Made by a program: the position numbers and the translations under genes. This document shows, piece after piece, positions 62,410-64,000 of a stretch of 64,000 nt of DNA. The notes under the pieces were generated by a model. That model ran no database searches, was not told where the DNA came from, and worked only from the letters and a program-made list of their open reading frames with translations. The stretch spans positions 254-64,253 of the forward strand of contig CAJMAW010000001.1 of assembly GCA_905211485.1 (NCBI GenBank). The letters run 5' to 3'. The stretch's first letter is position 1. Each line of letters begins with the position of its first letter. This DNA is from an uncultured Lentisphaeria bacterium. GTDB taxonomy: Bacteria > Verrucomicrobiota > Lentisphaeria > Victivallales > UBA1829.

Positions 62410-64000
62410 ATGGGAAACAGGAAAAGTCAAGTGGAGAGGAAGAAATATCTCTGGAAAAAGCATCTGCTTTCCTGGCTTGAGCGTCTCCCGCACGGAGAAG
62501 GGAAGGCGGAATTTGTTGATGAATCTCTTCTGGCCTTTCCGCTTTTTTCTCTGCTGATGCATGCGGATCGTCCGCTTCTTGTGGTTTCTCCGGCGCTTTC
62601 CCTTGCCGAACGTGTGAAGGAGGATCTGACTCTGCTTTCGGAAGTGCTCTCCACCAATTTCCGCATCGGCGGTCTTCCGGAGGGGTCGACCCGTTCCCAG
62701 GCGCTTGCAGGAAGCGACGCTCCGCGTGCGGAAGTCCTCTATCGGACACTGACAGATCCTCCTGCACTGACTTCTGTTTCCCTTTCCGCTCTTCTGGCTC
62801 CGGCTCCCGCTCCCAGGAAAATGAGGGAGAGCGGTCTGCTACTCCGGCCAGGAATGGAAATCTCCATCCCGGCTCTCGCTGAAAAACTTCTTGAAATGGA
62901 TTATGATGACGAACTGGAAGTGGTGCGTCCGGGCGAATTTGCGCGCCGGGGCGGAATTGTGGATCTCTTTTCCCCTTCCGAAAAACTGCCCGCCCGAATC
63001 GAATTCTGGGGGGATGTGATTGATTCCATCCGCCTCTTCCGGCCGGACACACAGATTTCCTGTGCTCCGGCGGAGGAATACAGGGTGATTCTGCGTTCGG
63101 GGTCCGCTCCGGCGGGGGAGGATCCGTCTTCTGATTCCGCGGATTTTGCGGATTATTTTGAGGATCCTCTCCTTGTTGTGATTCATCCTGCCGAGTGCAT
63201 GAGGCATCTGGAACAGTTCGGGACAGCGGAAAACCTTGCCCGCTGGGAAACTCTCCTGAAGCGCGCCGGGCTCCGGAAAATCTTTTTTCCGGATGCCGCA
63301 GAAGCTGCCGCACTTGAAAAAGATCTTTCCGCTCCCGCCTGTTATCCCGCCTTCGCGCATATTGTGAAGTCGCTGCCCGAGGGGGCGGAGGAATCCTGTT
63401 CCGAACTGGCCAGACAGCTTGGGGCGGCGCAGATCCGTTCCTGGTGCCGGGAAGGCTGTCACGTTGTCCTGCTGGGCCGCAGCACTGCCGATGCCGCCTA
63501 CATCCGGAGCTGGCTGGAGGAGGCCGGGCTGCTTCATCCGCAGGAAGAAGACGGAGTCCTTCAGATAGATCACTGCCCTTTTCCGCGCGGCGTTTTCCTT
63601 CCGGAAGAGAATCTGGCCGTCCTGACGGAACAGGAACTGTTTTCCCTTCCCGGGAAGATGAGAAGTTCCACGGTTTCCAGGAGCAGAGCGGAGGACCTTC
63701 CGCCGTCCGCCCGCGGCACCGACAGCGACATGTTCACGACCATGGGGGAACTCGAGGAGGGCGGATACGCCGTCCACATCAATTACGGGATCTGCCTCTA
63801 CCGGGGGCTGAAGACACTCTCCTCCTCCGACGGCGGGACGGAGGAGGTGCTGGAACTGGAATTCGCCGACGACACCATTGTGAATGTCCCCGTCTGGCAG
63901 GCCGACTGCGTTTCCAGATACATCGGCTCCAAGAAAACCGCTCCCCCTCTCAGCCGGATCACGACTTCCCGCTGGAACCGTACCAAATCCGAAGCCGCTT
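62410..64000 (+). CDS. mfd: Transcription-repair coupling factor (N-terminal part; runs off the right edge)
   Basis: Not in the ORF track because there is no stop in the window. My translation from ATG 62410 gives ...VVRPGEFARRGGIVDLFSPSEKLPARIEFWGDVIDSIRLFRPDTQ (UvrB-homology module) and later LEEGGYAVHINYGICLYRGL...VNVPVWQADCVSRYIG (CarD/TRCF RNAP-interacting domain). Confidence 0.88.
   Translation, partial: MGNRKSQVERKKYLWKKHLLSWLERLPHGEGKAEFVDESLLAFPLFSLLMHADRPLLVVSPALSLAERVKEDLTLLSEVLSTNFRIGGLPEGSTRSQALAGSDAPRAEVLYRTLTDPPALTSVSLSALLAPAPAPRKMRESGLLLRPGMEISIPALAEKLLEMDYDDELEVVRPGEFARRGGIVDLFSPSEKLPARIEFWGDVIDSIRLFRPDTQISCAPAEEYRVILRSGSAPAGEDPSSDSADFADYFEDPLLVVIHPAECMRHLEQFGTAENLARWETLLKRAGLRKIFFPDAAEAAALEKDLSAPACYPAFAHIVKSLPEGAEESCSELARQLGAAQIRSWCREGCHVVLLGRSTADAAYIRSWLEEAGLLHPQEEDGVLQIDHCPFPRGVFLPEENLAVLTEQELFSLPGKMRSSTVSRSRAEDLPPSARGTDSDMFTTMGELEEGGYAVHINYGICLYRGLKTLSSSDGGTEEVLELEFADDTIVNVPVWQADCVSRYIGSKKTAPPLSRITTSRWNRTKSEAA

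Noticed and set aside
1-64000. Anti-phage defence island, toxin-antitoxin or secondary-metabolite cluster
   Set aside because: No nuclease, helicase, methylase, reverse transcriptase, TIR, SIR2 or STAND-type motifs were recognised. No PKS/NRPS/RiPP hallmarks were recognised either. The AAA+ (MoxR) and kinase genes have ordinary housekeeping-type architectures.

Overview
This is a 64-kb chromosomal window, moderately GC-rich and densely coding. I count about 40 protein genes and 3 tRNAs (Tyr-GTA, Gly-TCC, Ser-CGA). I found no rRNA, CRISPR array, transposase, integrase or phage genes. Gene content suggests a Gram-negative anaerobe of the PVC group (Lentisphaerota, Kiritimatiellota, Verrucomicrobiota or Planctomycetota type). 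The basis is three paralogous prepilin-N-terminal/DUF1559-type genes, several very large secreted glycan-related proteins, and two oxygen-sensitive radical-enzyme systems. Core and housekeeping genes include an rpoD-like sigma factor, rpsU (55 aa, missing from the ORF track), mfd (partial), an LptF/G-family permease, an MsbA-like exporter, waaP, waaG, a P2-type Ca-ATPase, a PiT phosphate transporter and a YbhGFSR-type efflux operon. The items most worth a second look are these. (1) A same-strand cluster at 28.8-37.0 kb has a membrane GT2 synthase, a pseudopilin-like protein, a clan-GH-A-like hydrolase and a PA14/SGNH-like protein, with none of the canonical exopolysaccharide partners. (2) A self-contained, divergent glycyl-radical enzyme plus activase pair sits at 46.8-50.4 kb. 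(3) An HgdC-type activase is fused to a single 2-hydroxyacyl-CoA-dehydratase-like domain, followed by a cupin gene (37.3-39.9 kb). (4) The sigma-70 carries a Lys/Ala/Ser/Pro-rich N-terminal tail of about 620 aa with internal repeats. (5) An ABC-type solute-binding protein is encoded directly upstream of the PiT transporter. (6) A MoxR ATPase is translationally coupled to an output-less Cache/PAS membrane sensor and an MFS transporter. The window also has a frameshifted GH29 fucosidase, a gene interrupted by one in-frame TAA, and a tandem pair of DnaA boxes. The many very long ORFs on the opposite strand of real genes are codon-aligned antisense shadows and were rejected. All functional calls come from motif recognition by eye. 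No database search was run.
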